Assembly: GCA_002269645.1 (NCBI GenBank)
Contig: NIVC01001741.1
Span: 53,317 to 117,316 of the forward strand
Length of the DNA: 64,000 nt
Source: Macrostomum lignano
Lineage: Eukaryota
Direction of reading: 5' to 3'
The position numbers and the translations under genes were made by a program. Each line of letters opens with the position of its first letter. Position 1 is the stretch's first letter. Below, piece by piece: positions 1 to 13,229 of this stretch. The notes below the pieces were generated by a model. That model was given only the letters and a program-made list of their open reading frames with translations, ran no database searches and was not told the DNA's origin.

Positions 1-328
1 GACTAAGACAGACTCTAAAACAATCACTAAGACAGACTCTCATACAGACACTAAGGCAGGCAAACAAACAGATAGTACGTATCACTCTACGGGTCACTTT
101 ATTTCTGAAGAATAAACTGTCGTTATAATTTGAGCACATCTACATGTATTTGAGCACAACTACTTTTTTCAATGTTGTCGTGTCTTCGCCATAGGGCAAT
201 TAATTAACCAAACCGTGGTCTTTAATTAATCTATCTTATCTGACCCACATTCGATTTTCAAAGCATTAACTCGTACAACTTTGTTAAAACAGTGGGAGAC
301 AATGTTAACGATAATATTAAAGGAGATG

Positions 329-1560
329 AAGGGAAGTGAGGAGCGAGGCAGAGAGGGAGAGAGGAGCGAGACACAGAGGGAGGGAGGAGCGAGGCAGAGA
401 GGGAGAGAGGAGCGAGGCAGAGAGGGAGGGAGGAGCGAGGCAGAGAGGGAGGGAGGAGCGAGGCAGAGAGGGAGAGAGGAGCGAGGCAGAGAGGGAGAGA
501 GGAGCGAGGCAGAAAGGGAGAGAGGAGCGAGGCAGAGAGGGAGGGAGGAGCGAGGCAGAGAGGGAGGGAGGAGCGAGGCAGAGAGGGAGGGAGGAGCGAG
601 GCAGAGAGGGAGGGAGGAGCGAGTCAGAGAGGGAGGGAGGAGCGAGGCAGAGAGGGAGAGAGGAGCGAGGCAGAGAGGGAGGGAGGAGCGAGGCAGAGAG
701 GGAGGGAGGAGCGAGGCAGAGAGGGAGGGAGGAGCGAGGCAGAGAGGGAGAGAGGAGCGAGGCAGAGAGGGAGAGAGGAGCGAGGCAGAGAGGGAGAGAG
801 GAGCGAGGCAGAAAGGGAGAGAGGAGCGAGGCAGAGAGGGAGGGAGGAGCGAGGCAGAGAGGGAGGGAGGAGCGAGGCAGAGAGGGAGGGAGGAGCGAGT
901 CAGAGAGGGAGGGAGGAGCGAGGCAGAGAGGGAGAGAGGAGCGAGGCAGAGAGGGAGGGAGGAGCGAGGCAGAGAGGGAGGGAGGAGCGAGGCAGAGAGG
1001 GAGGGAGGAGCGAGGCAGAGAGGGAGAGAGGAGCGAGGCAGAGAGGGAGAGAGGAGCGAGGCAGAGAGGGAGGGAGGAGCGAGGCAGAGAGGGAGAGAGG
1101 AGCGAGGCAGAGAGGGATGGAGGAGCGAGGCAGAGAGGGAGAGAGGAGCGAGGCAGAGAGGGAGGGAGGAGCGAGGCAGAGAGGGAGAGAGGAGCGAGAC
1201 ACAGAGGGAGGGAGGAGCGAGGCAGAGAGGGAGAGAGGAGCGAGGCAGAGAGGGAGGGAGGAACGAGGCAGAGAGGGAGGGAGGAGCGAGGCAGAGAGGG
1301 AGGGAGGAACGAGGCAGAGAGGGAGAGAGGAGCGAGGCAGAGAGGGAGGGAGGAGCGAGGCAGAGAGGGAGGGAGGAGCGAGGCAGAGAGGGAGGGAGGA
1401 GCGAGGCAGAGAGGGAGGGAGGAGCGAGGCAGAGAGGGAGGGAGGAGCGAGGCAGAGAGGGAGGGAGGAGCGAGGCAGAGAGGGAGGGAGGAGCGAGGCA
1501 GAGAGGGAGGGAGGAGTGAGGCAAAGAGGGAGGAGCGAGGCAGAGAGAGAGAGGAGCTAA
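329..1560 (+). repeat. GA-rich 23-bp minisatellite (GAGCGAGGCAGAGAGGGAG(A/G)GAG)n
   Basis: Direct tandem periodicity; accounts for the 412-432 aa low-complexity ORFs. Confidence 0.95.
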
Positions 1561-1966
1561 GCAGAAGGGAGCGAGGAGAGTGGAAGAAAAAGAAAAAGTG
1601 GTTTAGGATCTAGCCGAGAGCGAAACGCCCGATCTTGGGAGGGAGAGTGAGAGGAGGCTGGAGTTGAGAGGGAGAATCGCTGTTGTTTGTTTACTCGCAC
1701 CTAGTTACAAGCCTTATGAGTAACGCCTTAGCTGCAACACAGTTAGCCATCACTTCCTCAGAACTGGTGTTGCGCAAATCACATACATAAATATTGCTTC
1801 ATTTTGATTGGTTTAGAACTCCTTATTTCAGTCATTACACTTACTGTATAGTTAGTTTCGTGTTGTGTTGTAAACTGTATCTGGAGTCCTGGTCATGATA
1901 CTGGAATTCTCACAACTTACTAACAATCAGTAGTATCTAGCGTATGCGCGTGCGACCGCTTTCCAG

Positions 1967-4900
1967 ATGATGATGATGAAGATGACGATGCCGCAGCTTC
2001 GCGCACATGGCTGCAGTCCTCGGCTCGGCTGCTAACTCGATGACGTCGGCGTCTTGCTGGCCGCAAGAGGGGTGCTGCTTCAGTATATATTTTATTTATG
2101 GGTAAGTTTGGCTGGATTTTATAATGTTGATTTTTCGTGTAGTCATTCATATATTGAGCATGAGCAGATTAGATGGCGCCCCACTGTCCTCCTTGGCGCC
2201 CCACTGTCCTCCTTGGCGCCCCAGAGCCCTCATTGGCGCCCTATCGCCCTTTTTAGCGCTCTACTGTCTGGCGCCTCAGCGTCTTATTTGGCGCCCCACT
2301 GTCTTGTTTGGCGCCCCACTGTTTTCTTTGGCGCCCCACTGTTTTCTTTGGCGCCCCACTGTTTTACTTGGCGCCTAACAAATTATACCTTTTGTTTTTA
2401 GTAATATCTTTCCAAATATTTAAGAACATATATTATACTGCAATTGGCTGCATGAATTACCCCAGAATAGTTCTATAACAATTTCACACGGTATCAAAAT
2501 TGTTGCAATAAGTAAAGTTTATCTCTTCCATATTATTAGTTCTACTGCAAGTAGCACACTCGTAATATTCTATAAACAAATTTTAAAGCATGTTTTTATT
2601 TTGATTACTATTAACTACTTTTATTTACTCTTAAATGAATAAAGGGTATTATTCCTATCCATTTGTGACAGCTAAGTAACGGCAGTCAGTTTGCACTCAA
2701 CTTTTTGTGACAATCAAACACTTCCAATTTCCAGCCTCTAATTCACGTCATTTCTGCCTATTTGTCATTCGCAAAAATTCACCATTTTTGCACATATCGC
2801 CTACTATAAGTAGCTGACGCGATGCGCGCTATAAGCTGAATTTTTTATTTAGTAGTTTGTCAAATTGTCATGTCAATAATTAGATACATTTTTCAACTAG
2901 TTGCCATGGTAACTAGGCTCTGTTGCAGCGCCGTAGGCTTAATAACATTTTTTCTAGCTCGCATAGGCGTTATTGGCAGAGAAATTAAGAAACTTCTTTT
3001 GCTAGCTCGTAAATTTAACGAGCAGGAAATTCTCACTTGCTTCATCAAGCAAAACAAAACAGTTAATTATACAGTGTTTTATAATTGACGCACTAACATT
3101 AACGTAAATTCCTGTTGATGGCATTTCTATCAAACTACTAACTCGAGTAGCGCATTGCGGGTGTTTTTGTTCCTAATTAGCTCGTGAAAATACACGTGAT
3201 ATGTATTTTATTTATGTAAGATTATGATTTTTAACTGAGAGAAGAGGATCTGTCACTGAGGGAGTAGACAAGCAGAGGATCTGTCACTGAGGGAGTAGAC
3301 AAGCAGAGGATCTGTCACTGAGGGAGTAGACAAGCAGAGGATCTGTCACTGAGGGAGTAGACAAGCAGAGGATCTGTCACTGAGGGAGTAGACAAGCAGA
3401 GGATCTGTCACTGAGGGAGTAGACAAGCAGAGGATCTGTCACTGAGGGAGTAGACAAGCAGAGGATCTGTCACTGAGGGAGTAGACAAGCAGAGGATCTG
3501 TCACTGAGGGAGTAGACAAGCAGAGGATCTGTCACTGAGGGAGTAGACAAGCAGAGGATCTGTCACTGAGGGAGTAGACAAGCAGAGGATCTGTCACTGA
3601 GGGAGTAGACAAGCAGAGGATCTGTCACTGAGGGAGTAGACAAGCAGAGGATCTGTCACTGAGGGAGTAGACAAGCAGAGGATCTGTCACTGAGGGAGTA
3701 GACAAGCAGAGGATCTGTCACTGAGGGAGTAGACAAGCAGAGGATCTGTCACTGAGGGAGTAGACAAGCAGAGGATCTGTCACTGAGGGAGTAGACAAGC
3801 AGAGGATCTGTCACTGAGGGAGTAGACAAGCAGAGGATCTGTCACTGAGGGAGTAGACAAGCAGAGGATCTGTCACTGAGGGAGTAGACAAGCAGAGGAT
3901 CTGTCACTGAGGGAGTAGACAAGCAGAGGATCTGTCACTGAGGGAGTAGACAAGCAGAGGATCTGTCACTGAGGGAGTAGACAAGCAGAGGATCTGTCAC
4001 TGAGGGAGTAGACAAGCAGAGGATCTGTCACTGAGGGAGTAGACAAGCAGAGGATCTGTCACTGAGGGAGTAGACAAGCAGAGGATCTGTCACTGAGGGA
4101 GTAGACAAGCAGAGGATCTGTCACTGAGGGGGTAGACAAGCAGAGGATCTGTCACTGAGGGGATAGACAAGCAGGGGATCTGTCACTGAGGGGGTAGACA
4201 AGCAGAGGATCTGTCACTGAGGGGGTAGACAAGCAGAGGATCTGTCACTGAGGGAGTAGACAAGCAGAGGATCTGTCACTGAGGGAGTAGACAAGCAGAG
4301 GATCTGTCACTGAGGGAGTAGACAAGCAGAGGATCTGTCACTGAGGGAGTAGACAAGCAGAGGATCTGTCACTGAGGGAGTAGACAAGCAGAGGATCTGT
4401 CACTGAGGGAGTAGACAAGCAGAGGATCTGTCACTGAGGGAGTAGACAAGCAGAGGATCTGTCACTGAGAGGGTAGACAAGCAGAGGATCTGTCACTGAG
4501 GGAGTAGACAAGCAGGGGATCTGTCACTGAGGGAGTAGACAAGCAGAGGATCTGTCACTGAGGGAGTAGACAAGCAGAGGATCTGTCACTGAGGGAGTAG
4601 ACAAGCAGGGGATCTGTCACTGAGGGAGTAGTCAAGCAGAGGATCTGTCACTGAGGGAGTAGACAAGCAGGGGATCTGTCACTGAGGGAGTAGACAAGCA
4701 GGGGATGTCACTGATGGAGTAGTGGACTAAACTAACTCGAAACCGGGCAGAAGCATCACGGAAGTACAGTCTCAGCACTGCTCAACCACCAAACTCCTCA
4801 CCCATCCTTAACAGGCGTTTTCGTCGGATGGCTCCGCCGCCTGCTGCCGTCGTATCATCGTCAATCTCGTCGCTATCGGACTGCCACCTCCCGACTCCAT

Positions 4901-5095
4901 CGTGTTGTTGAAGTCGACGAGACGCCACCGGCAGCGGCCTCGGCGGCGACTACAAGCGCGGAGGATGGCGCCACGGAGCAGGTGCGCCTCGGACAACAAC
5001 AGGAGGTCTTCTCCGTACGAGTAGCCTGCGGCCGAATCCGGGCCAGCCAGTCTGGTCAGCCTCTGATTGCCGACTCGCCAGACGGGTACATCTGA
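1967..5095 (+). CDS. Partial unknown gene, exons 1967-2101 and 4815-5095; possible single-pass membrane protein; in-frame TGA at 2041-2043
   Basis: Acceptor TTCCAG|1967, donor ATGG|GTAAGT at 2102, acceptor CCATCCTTAACAG|4815. The phase-1 join reads RKRGAASVYILFM-G-VFVGWLRRLLPSY...DGYI*. Exons are GC-rich and the intron is repeat-filled. No family recognised. Confidence 0.4.
2173..2375 (+). repeat. ~21-bp degenerate tandem repeat (TTGGCGCCCCACTGT...)
   Basis: About 9 copies of a TGGCGCCCCACTG core. Confidence 0.85.
3243..4712 (+). repeat. 31-bp minisatellite (GAGGGAGTAGACAAGCAGAGGATCTGTCACT)n
   Basis: Near-perfect 31-bp period, about 47 copies. Confidence 0.97.
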
Positions 5096-5975
5096 CACTG
5101 CGGCAGTCCTGACACTGTTTGCGGCAGTCCTGACAACCACAAGCTTATGATCCTGGCACTCATGCGTTATAATTCTTACCCTTTTAAGCTACGATCCTGA
5201 CACTAATAAGCTACAGAGCTGACACTCAAAAGCTACAGACCTGAAACTAATAAGCTAAAGAGCTGACACTAATTACAGACCTGACACTATAAGCTACAGA
5301 CCTGACACTAATAAGCTACAGATCTGACACTAATAAGCTAAAGAGCTGACACTAATAAGCTACAGACCTGACACTAATAAGCTACAGACCTGAAACTAAT
5401 AAGCTACAGACCTGACACTAATAAGCTACAGACCTGACACTAATAAGCTACAGACCTGACACTAATAAGCTACAGACCTGACACTAATAAGCTAAAGAGC
5501 TGACACTAATAAGCTACAGACCTGACACTAAAAAGCTACAGACCTGACACTAATACGAGTAAGCTACAGAACTGACACTAATTAGCTACGTGCAGACCTG
5601 ACACTAATAAGCTACAGACCTGACACTAATAAGCTACAGACCTGACACTAATAAGCTAAAGAGCTGACACTAATAAGCTACAGACCTGACACTAATAAGC
5701 TACAGACCTGACACTAATAAGCTACAGACCTGAAACTAATAAGCTACAGACCTGACACTAATAAGCTACAGACCTGACACTAATAAGCTAAAGAGCTGAC
5801 ACTAATAAGCTAAAGAGCTGACACTAATAAGCTACAGACCTGACACTAAAAAGCTACAGACCTGACACTAATACGAGTAAGCTACAGAACTGACACTAAT
5901 TAGCTACGTGCAGACCTGACACTAATAAGCTACAGACCTGACACTAATACGAGTAAGCTACAGACCTGACACTTA
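5090..5975 (+). repeat. 22-bp minisatellite (CTGACACTAATAAGCTACAGAC)n
   Basis: Tandem periodicity beginning at the stop of the preceding exon. Confidence 0.93.
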
Positions 5976-6375
5976 AATGTATAGGTAAATTTCATAAGCT
6001 TCAGTAGAAGCTTGTTTTCTTGCCAATTAAAAATTCAAATATCAGATTTCTGTTTACGATTAACGACTTTAACCGTTAAACTTACGAGTAATCATAATCG
6101 GCCTTCAAAGGTTTAAGGGTAGACCATAATTTGAACTAATCTGACATTTTTAACAGGTCATCAACAGAGCAAAACAGATAACTCAGAAGCAAATTATTAT
6201 TCAAATACTAAAGTACTTTAAACTTAATCATATATTTACGCAAATGAACTATCAAACAATGCTCATTTTTGCCTCATTTGATGGCATTTTTAATTAAATT
6301 TCAAACGCTTATTAGCTACTAGATGCTAGTAGTTAGTTTTATTCTGCACTGTTCATCCATCAATATCATTTAATT

Positions 6376-6445
6376 GGAACCTCGTGGCGGCAGAACGGCT
6401 CATCTTTTCTGTGCCAAAGGACGCGGGCTCGAATCCACGAATGAG
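6376..6445 (+). mobile_element. tRNA-like Pol III head (SINE or tRNA pseudogene)
   Basis: A-box-like TGGCGGCAGAACGG and B-box-like GGCTCGAATCC at tRNA-like spacing; no clean cloverleaf. Confidence 0.4.
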
Positions 6446-6786
6446 TAGAAAAGTAATATATAGTAGACTAGGCACATATGTGGGTGTAAATGCTCTGCTA
6501 TTATGGAATTCTTATGCACTAACTCGAACCATTCACTCCATTGATTGACATTGATTTTCCAATTTTCAATTTATGCTTCCGTAGCGGGGTCTGCGACTGC
6601 CCGCTACAAAAATGACCGACTATGCCTGATTAGCACAGGTTTTTTATAACTATTAGTATGTTTTATTATCGCAGATTATAAATGCTACCTAAATATAAGT
6701 AATACCTGCCGTACGATCTAAACCACTTGCTACTCTCTGTGATGCTGTAAAATCAAGTTATGTATTTGGGATCTACATTTGGGTAA

Positions 6787-6941
6787 GCAGACAGACACTA
6801 ACAGGTAGATCGACAGAAAGACAGACAGGCAGGTAGACACAGATAGACAGGCAGACAGACAGACATGCAGTTAGATAGACAGACAGAAAGACAGACAGGT
6901 AGACACAGATAGACAGGCAGGTAGACAGACAGTAATGTAGT

Positions 6942-7003
<62 letters not shown>

Positions 7004-7229
7004 TGCAGTTAGATAGACGGACAGACAGACAGACAGATAGATAGGCACAGAAAGACAGACAAATAGATAGGCAGGCAGACAGGCAGATAGACAGGCAGGC
7101 AGACAGACAGACAGACAGGCAGACAAGACAGACAGACAGACAGATAGACAGGCAGACAGACAGATAGACAGGCAGAAAGACAGACAGACAGACAGGCAGG
7201 CAGGCAGATAGACAGACAGACAGATAGGC

Positions 7230-7268
<39 letters not shown>

Positions 7269-7373
7269 TAGACAGGCAGAAAGACAGACAGACAGACAGG
7301 CAGGCAGATAGACAGACAGACAGATAGGCAGACAGATAGGCAGACAGACAGACAGATAGACAGGCAGACAGAC

Positions 7374-7416
<43 letters not shown>

Positions 7417-7871
7417 TAGACAGGCAGAAAGACAGACAGACAGACAGGCAGGCAGGCAGATAGACAGACAGACAGATAGGCAGACAGATAGACAGACAGA
7501 CAGACAGATAGGCAGACAGACAGACAGATAGACAGGCAGACAGACAGATAGACAGTCAGACAGATAGACAGATAGGCAGACAGACAGACAGATAGACAGG
7601 CAGACAGACAGATAGACAGTCAGACAGATAGACAGGCAGGCAGACAGACAGACAGATAGACAGGCAGACAGACAGATAGACAGTCAGACAGATAGACAGG
7701 CAGACAGACAGATAGACAGTCAGACAGATAGACAGGCAGGCAGACAGACAGACAGATAGACAGGCAGACAGACAGATAGACAGTCAGACAGATAGACAGG
7801 CAGGCAGACAGATAGACAGGCAGACAGACAGATAGACAGTCAGACAGATAGACAGGCAGGCAGACAGACAG
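6787..7871 (+). repeat. (GACA)n/(GGCA)n/(GATA)n compound microsatellite
   Basis: Direct. Confidence 0.97.
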
Positions 7872-8371
7872 GGTCATTTCAACCATTTGGGCTGAAAACG
7901 CGCAAGCCAGACAAAGAGAAAAGAGAAAACAAAGAGCAGTATAAAAATAATTTTTTATAATCACGCGAAAATTTACCGCCTCATCCGTAATGTGAAGCTT
8001 GTACATATTCGTATATTGTTGTAAACGAACGAACGAGTTGACATTAGAGTATAAAAATAACAATGATAAATTTATATATAGCATAACTATTATTCCGCTG
8101 AATAATACAGATGCAATTTAAACAGCATAGAAACCGATATGCAGAAAAGCAAAAATGGGATATCATATAAAATAAATGTTCACCGCACCAATACAAATGA
8201 TCTCGCTAACTGAGATGTAAATAAAACTGAGTGACACATGCATAGTAAAATAAATCTATTCTAAATAACTCGTAATCTCTATACTGTTGATTGGTCCTCG
8301 TGAACTGGTTTCGGGTGTTAATCATCTAAAAATTTTGTCACACCTTACTAATCTCCATTCTCATATTGGGG

Positions 8372-8690
8372 GGGGGTGTAGCCTTAGTGGTCTGGCGCGG
8401 CGCTCTGATGTGCCAGCGGCCCAGGCTCGATTCCAAGTGCAGTCACATAATTTCGGACTATATTGGAATCTCGGCTTGGCTCTGCTCGTGCAATTCCGTT
8501 AGGGCCGCTGTACACTCCTGTGTGAGTGTGTGCCTGTGCGTATGACTGCGTACGTATCCGCGCGCTTGTGTGCCTGCTCAGGGGAGTCGGCGGAATGGGC
8601 AGCAATGCCTCTCGCCGGTTGTGTGACAATGTCGCTTAAAGTGCGCCAGGGTGCACAGTTGCATACCGACAGACAGAAACATCTGTAAAT
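8372..8690 (+). mobile_element. Putative tRNA-derived SINE
   Basis: GGGTGTAGCCTTAGTGG (A box) and GGCTCGATTCC (B box, 8424-8434), followed by a GC-rich body; 3' end approximate. Confidence 0.5.
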
Positions 8691-9439
8691 TTTATATGTC
8701 GAACACAGAGCTTGATTTGAGCACTGAGCACAGGAGCTACAACCATTAGACAGAAATTGCTTTTAGAAGAGAGACAGCATCTGCCCTTGGCTTCATCTGC
8801 ATCTTCATCTGTCTGTATACAAAGCTTATTTCTGCTGCAGTCAATCAAAGAATTCAACTAAATCTAATAAACATAGGGTCTCATTTTAGAGCTGAAAATT
8901 CATAAATATATCTACGAGATTCTGAGAACAATGCGAACAAGACATCATTAATTATGTAATCAATCAAACAATTTACTTTGAACGGTAAACTGGGAGCGCA
9001 GTGCTCACTTGAGTATAGAAAGACGGCAACTGTTAACTACATGATGACAGACATGCAATCAGACAGGCTCGTGCACAATGTACATGTACAGATTTTGCAA
9101 TAAGCATAACTTCAGGCACTAGTAAGATTAATTACTGGCATAGACTTAGTTAATGCCTATTATATGAATATAATGTAAGCGGTCCAACAATATTAACAGG
9201 TATCAAATCAGTTAACTGCGAGATGAAATAATACTCGTAAATGACAAAAACTTATTGGTCTCCTGCATGCACGAGCATCCCAACACTAGGTCTAACCATT
9301 TAACTAATAACTAAGTAGGTCTAACTATTTAAAATCTCACCAATAGTCGACAATACAAATTTTCAGAATCTGACCTCCCCAAATTCAAAATCCAGATCAC
9401 AGGATTCTCGCCCGTGTGACTGCAAAACACTTGAATTTC

Positions 9440-11665
9440 ACCTATAAGATTTCAGAGCTCTAGAATCTCACCCATTAGATTTCAGGGCTTTAGAATCTTA
9501 CCTATAAGATTTCAGAGCTCTAGAATCTCACCCATAATATTTCAGAGCTCTAGAATTTCACCTATAAGATTTCAGAGCTCTAGAATCTCACCTATAAGAT
9601 TTCAGAGCTCTAGAATCTCACCCATAATATTTCAGAGCTCTAGAATCTCACCTATAATATTTGAGACCTCTAGAATCTCACCCATAATATTTCAGAGCTC
9701 TAGAATCTCACCTATAAGATTTCAGGGCTTTAGAATCTTACCTATAAGATTTCAGGGGTCTGGAATCTCACCTATAATATTTCAGAGCTCTAGAATCTCA
9801 CCCATAATATTTCAGAGCTCTAGAATCTCACCCATAATATTTCAGAGCTCTAGAATCTCACCTATAAGATTTCAGAGCTCTAAAATCTCACCTATAATAT
9901 TTCAGAGCTCTAGAATCTCACCCATAATATTTCAGTGCTCTAGAATTTCACCCATAATATTTCAGAGCTCTAGAATCTCACCCATAATATTTCAGAGCTC
10001 TAGAATCTCACCCATAATATTTCAGAGCTCTAGAATCTCACCCATAATATTTCAGAGCTCTAGAATCTCACCCATAATATTTCAGAGCTCTAGAATCTCA
10101 CCTATAAGATTTCAGAGCTCTAAAATCTCACCTATAATATTTCAGAGCTCTAGAATCTCACCCATAATATTTCAGAGCTCTAGAATCTCACCCATAATAT
10201 TTCAGAGCTCTAGAATCTCACCCATAATATTTCAGAGCTCTAGAATCTCACCCATAATATTTCAGAGCTCTAGAATCTCACCCATAATATTTCAGAGCTC
10301 TAGAATCTCACCCATAATATTTCAGAGCTCTAGAATCTCACCCATAATATTTCAGAGCTCTAGAATCTCACCCATAATATTTCAGAGCTCTAGAATCTCA
10401 CCCATAATATTTCAGAGCTCTAGAATCTCACCTATAATATTTGAGACCTCTAGAATCTCACCCATAATATTTCAGAGCTCTAGAATCTCACCTATAAGAT
10501 TTCAGGGCTTTAGAATCTTACCTAGAAGATTTCAGGGGTCTGGAATCTCACCCATAATATTTCAGAGCTCTAGAATCTCACCTATAATATTTGAGACCTC
10601 TAGAATCTCACCCATAATATTTCAGAGCTCTAGAATCTCACCTATAAGATTTCAGGGCTTTAGAATCTTACCTATAAGATTTCAGGGGTCTGGAATCTCA
10701 CCTATAATATTTCAGAGCTCTAGAATCTCACCCATAATATTTCAGAGCTCTAGAATCTCACCCATAATATTTCAGAGCTCTAGAATCTCACCTATAAGAT
10801 TTCAGAGCTCTAAAATCTCACCTATAATATTTCAGAGCTCTAGAATCTCACCCATAATATTTCAGTGCTCTAGAATTTCACCCATAATATTTCAGAGCTC
10901 TAGAATCTCACCCATAATATTTCAGAGCTCTAGAATCTCACCCATAATATTTCAGAGCTCTAGAATCTCACCCATAATATTTCAGAGCTCTAGAATCTCA
11001 CCCATAATATTTCAGAGCTCTAGAATCTCACCTATAAGATTTCAGAGCTCTAAAATCTCACCTATAATATTTCAGAGCTCTAGAATCTCACCCATAATAT
11101 TTCAGAGCTCTAGAATCTCACCCATAATATTTCAGAGCTCTAGAATCTCACCCATAATATTTCAGAGCTCTAGAATCTCACCCATAATATTTCAGAGCTC
11201 TAGAATCTCACCCATAATATTTCAGAGCTCTAGAATCTCACCCATAATATTTCAGAGCTCTAGAATCTCACCCATAATATTTCAGAGCTCTAGAATCTCA
11301 CCCATAATATTTCAGAGCTCTAGAATCTCACCCATAATATTTCAGAGCTCTAGAATCTCACCCATAATATTTCAGAGCTCTAGAATCTCACCCATTAGAT
11401 TTCAGAGCTCTAGAATCTCACCTATTAGATTTCAGACCTCTAGAATCTCACCTATAAGATTTCAGAGCTCTAGAATCTCACCCATTAGATTTCAGAGCTC
11501 TAGAATCTCACCTATAATATTTCAGAGCTCTAGAATCTCACCTATAATATTTCAGAGCTCTAGAATCTCACCTATAAGATTTCAAAGCTCTAGAATCTCA
11601 CCTATAAGATTTTAATGCTCTAGAATCTCACCCATAATATCTCAGAGCTCTAGAATCTCACCAAT
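9440..11665 (+). repeat. 30-bp minisatellite (ATATTTCAGAGCTCTAGAATCTCACCCATA)n
   Basis: About 74 copies; variant blocks recur, indicating higher-order duplication. Confidence 0.97.
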
Positions 11666-11793
11666 TAAATACCAGATCATAGAATCTCACTTAAAAAGAC
11701 CATATAAGCTCTTGACAAAATAAATCACAACATGAAATCGAAAGCCCTCAGATCCCAATAGGACAGTTGCACTCGATCTACAATAACGCATAA

Positions 11794-13168
11794 TTATTTC
11801 TTTCTGGTGCATGGCCAGTCCAAACCGCCGCACGCGGCAGACACGATAAAGTACAGAATGAGAATGACGGCAATGACCAGGGCGATGGTGACTTTGGCGT
11901 TGCGCCACCAGTAGCGTCTGGCAACTCGGCGACTGGCGCTGCTGAACTGGATGGAACTGCCAGCCAGCTCGTCTGCCTTGTCAACTAGAAGCTCGATGCG
12001 CTCGCCGCGGGTGGCCAGCGAGTCTGCGGGAACCGGGTTGGGGCTTGATGGGGATTTGTCTGCCTGAATACCTGAGGTGATTAGCGGCCCAGCCTGAGCC
12101 TGAATACCTGAGGTGATTAGCGGCCCAGCCTGAGCCTGAATACCTTGAGGTGATTAGCCGCCCAGCCCAGCCTGAATACCTAAGGTGATTAGCTTTCCAG
12201 CCTGAGCCTGAATACCTCAGGTGATTAGCGGCCCAGTCTGAGCTTGAATACCTTGAGGTGATTAGCGGCCCAGCCGGAGCCTGAATACCTGAGGTGATTA
12301 GCGGCCCAGCCTGAGCTTGAATACCTGAGGTGATTAGCGGCCCAGCCTGAACCTGAATACCTGAGGTGATTAGCGGCCAAGCTTGAGCCTGAATACCTGA
12401 GGTTATTAGCGGCCCAGCCTGAACCTGAATACCTGAGGTTATTAGTGGCCCAGCCTGAGCTTGAATACCTGAGGTTATTAGCGGCCCAGCCTGAGCCTGA
12501 ATACCTGAGATGATTAGCGGCCCAGCCTGAGCCTGAATACCTGAGGTGAATAGATAACCAAACCGATAAGATTAAGCGCCACAAAAGGCAAGCAAGCGCC
12601 AATACTAACCGATATTCCTAACCATGATGCCCTGCAACTCGCTGACTTGCTGCTGAACCCTGTCCATTTGTTCAGTCCGCTCTATGGACGGACGATTTTG
12701 ACCGCCGCCGACGCTGTCCGATGCAGTAGCAGGGCCGGCGCCTAGCGCCGAGTAGCGAGTCATGAGCTGGGCCAGAGTATGAGCGAACTCAGAGTTCATA
12801 GCGTAGGGCAAGGCGGTTAGGGCGCGCCTACCGTAGCGCTGCACAAATCGCTGTTTAACGTCGGCTAGGAACAGGAAGGCGCGCGATCTTTCAAACGTGT
12901 CCGGCGTCACACAAAAGTACACCAGTCGATCCTCCGACGCGTAATGAAACATATAGGCGCCCTGCGACAGGCTCATCTTGGCATTCTCCGGCGTAATTCT
13001 GGCCAGAACTTGTTCTGTCACTTCTACAAAGTTGCCGGCAGCCAGAGCTTGCTTGGCCAGGATGGTGGTGCCGCGGGCCACGGCGGCGAACAGCAGGCCG
13101 CCGCCTGCGCCGGCCTCCGAGCTGCCGTCGTCTCCGTCGTAGTGATAGCCAGGATTCAATAGCGACAT
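11794..13168 (-). CDS. VAMP7: Vesicle-associated membrane protein 7 (longin R-SNARE); exons 13168-12610 and 12023-11794 (262 aa)
   Basis: Longin domain (LLFAAVARGTTILAK...FHY...RAFLFLADVKQRF), R-SNARE (GIMVRNIDSLATRGERIELLVDKA), WWRN plus TM and CGG tail; phase-1 intron G|GTTAGT...CCGCAG|AC. Confidence 0.95.
12060..12550 (-). repeat. 36-bp intronic minisatellite in VAMP7
   Basis: Sense-strand unit TCAGGCTGGGCCGCTAATCACCTCAGGTATTCAGGC. Confidence 0.93.
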
Positions 13169-13229
13169 TCAGCTGCGGCGATCGACTGAGCTGAGGGACT
13201 GGGTGGGGACAGGAAAGGCAAGTGTTGGG

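Noticed and set aside
1615-1650. GAAACGCCCGATCT resembling 5S rRNA or a hammerhead core
   Set aside because: Match is too short; no CUGANGA core or 5S continuation.
4808-5140. Minus-strand 110 aa ORF (GYSYGEDLLLL...WRLVDFNNT)
   Set aside because: No recognisable family; splice signals favour the plus-strand exon at the same place. Not fully excluded.
6581-6608. GTAGCGGG...CCCGCTAC hairpin (Helitron-like 3' end)
   Set aside because: No CTRR terminus or matching 5' end identified.
8636-8857. Minus-strand ORF (TDEDADEAKGRCC)
   Set aside because: No homology recognised and no consistent splice partners.
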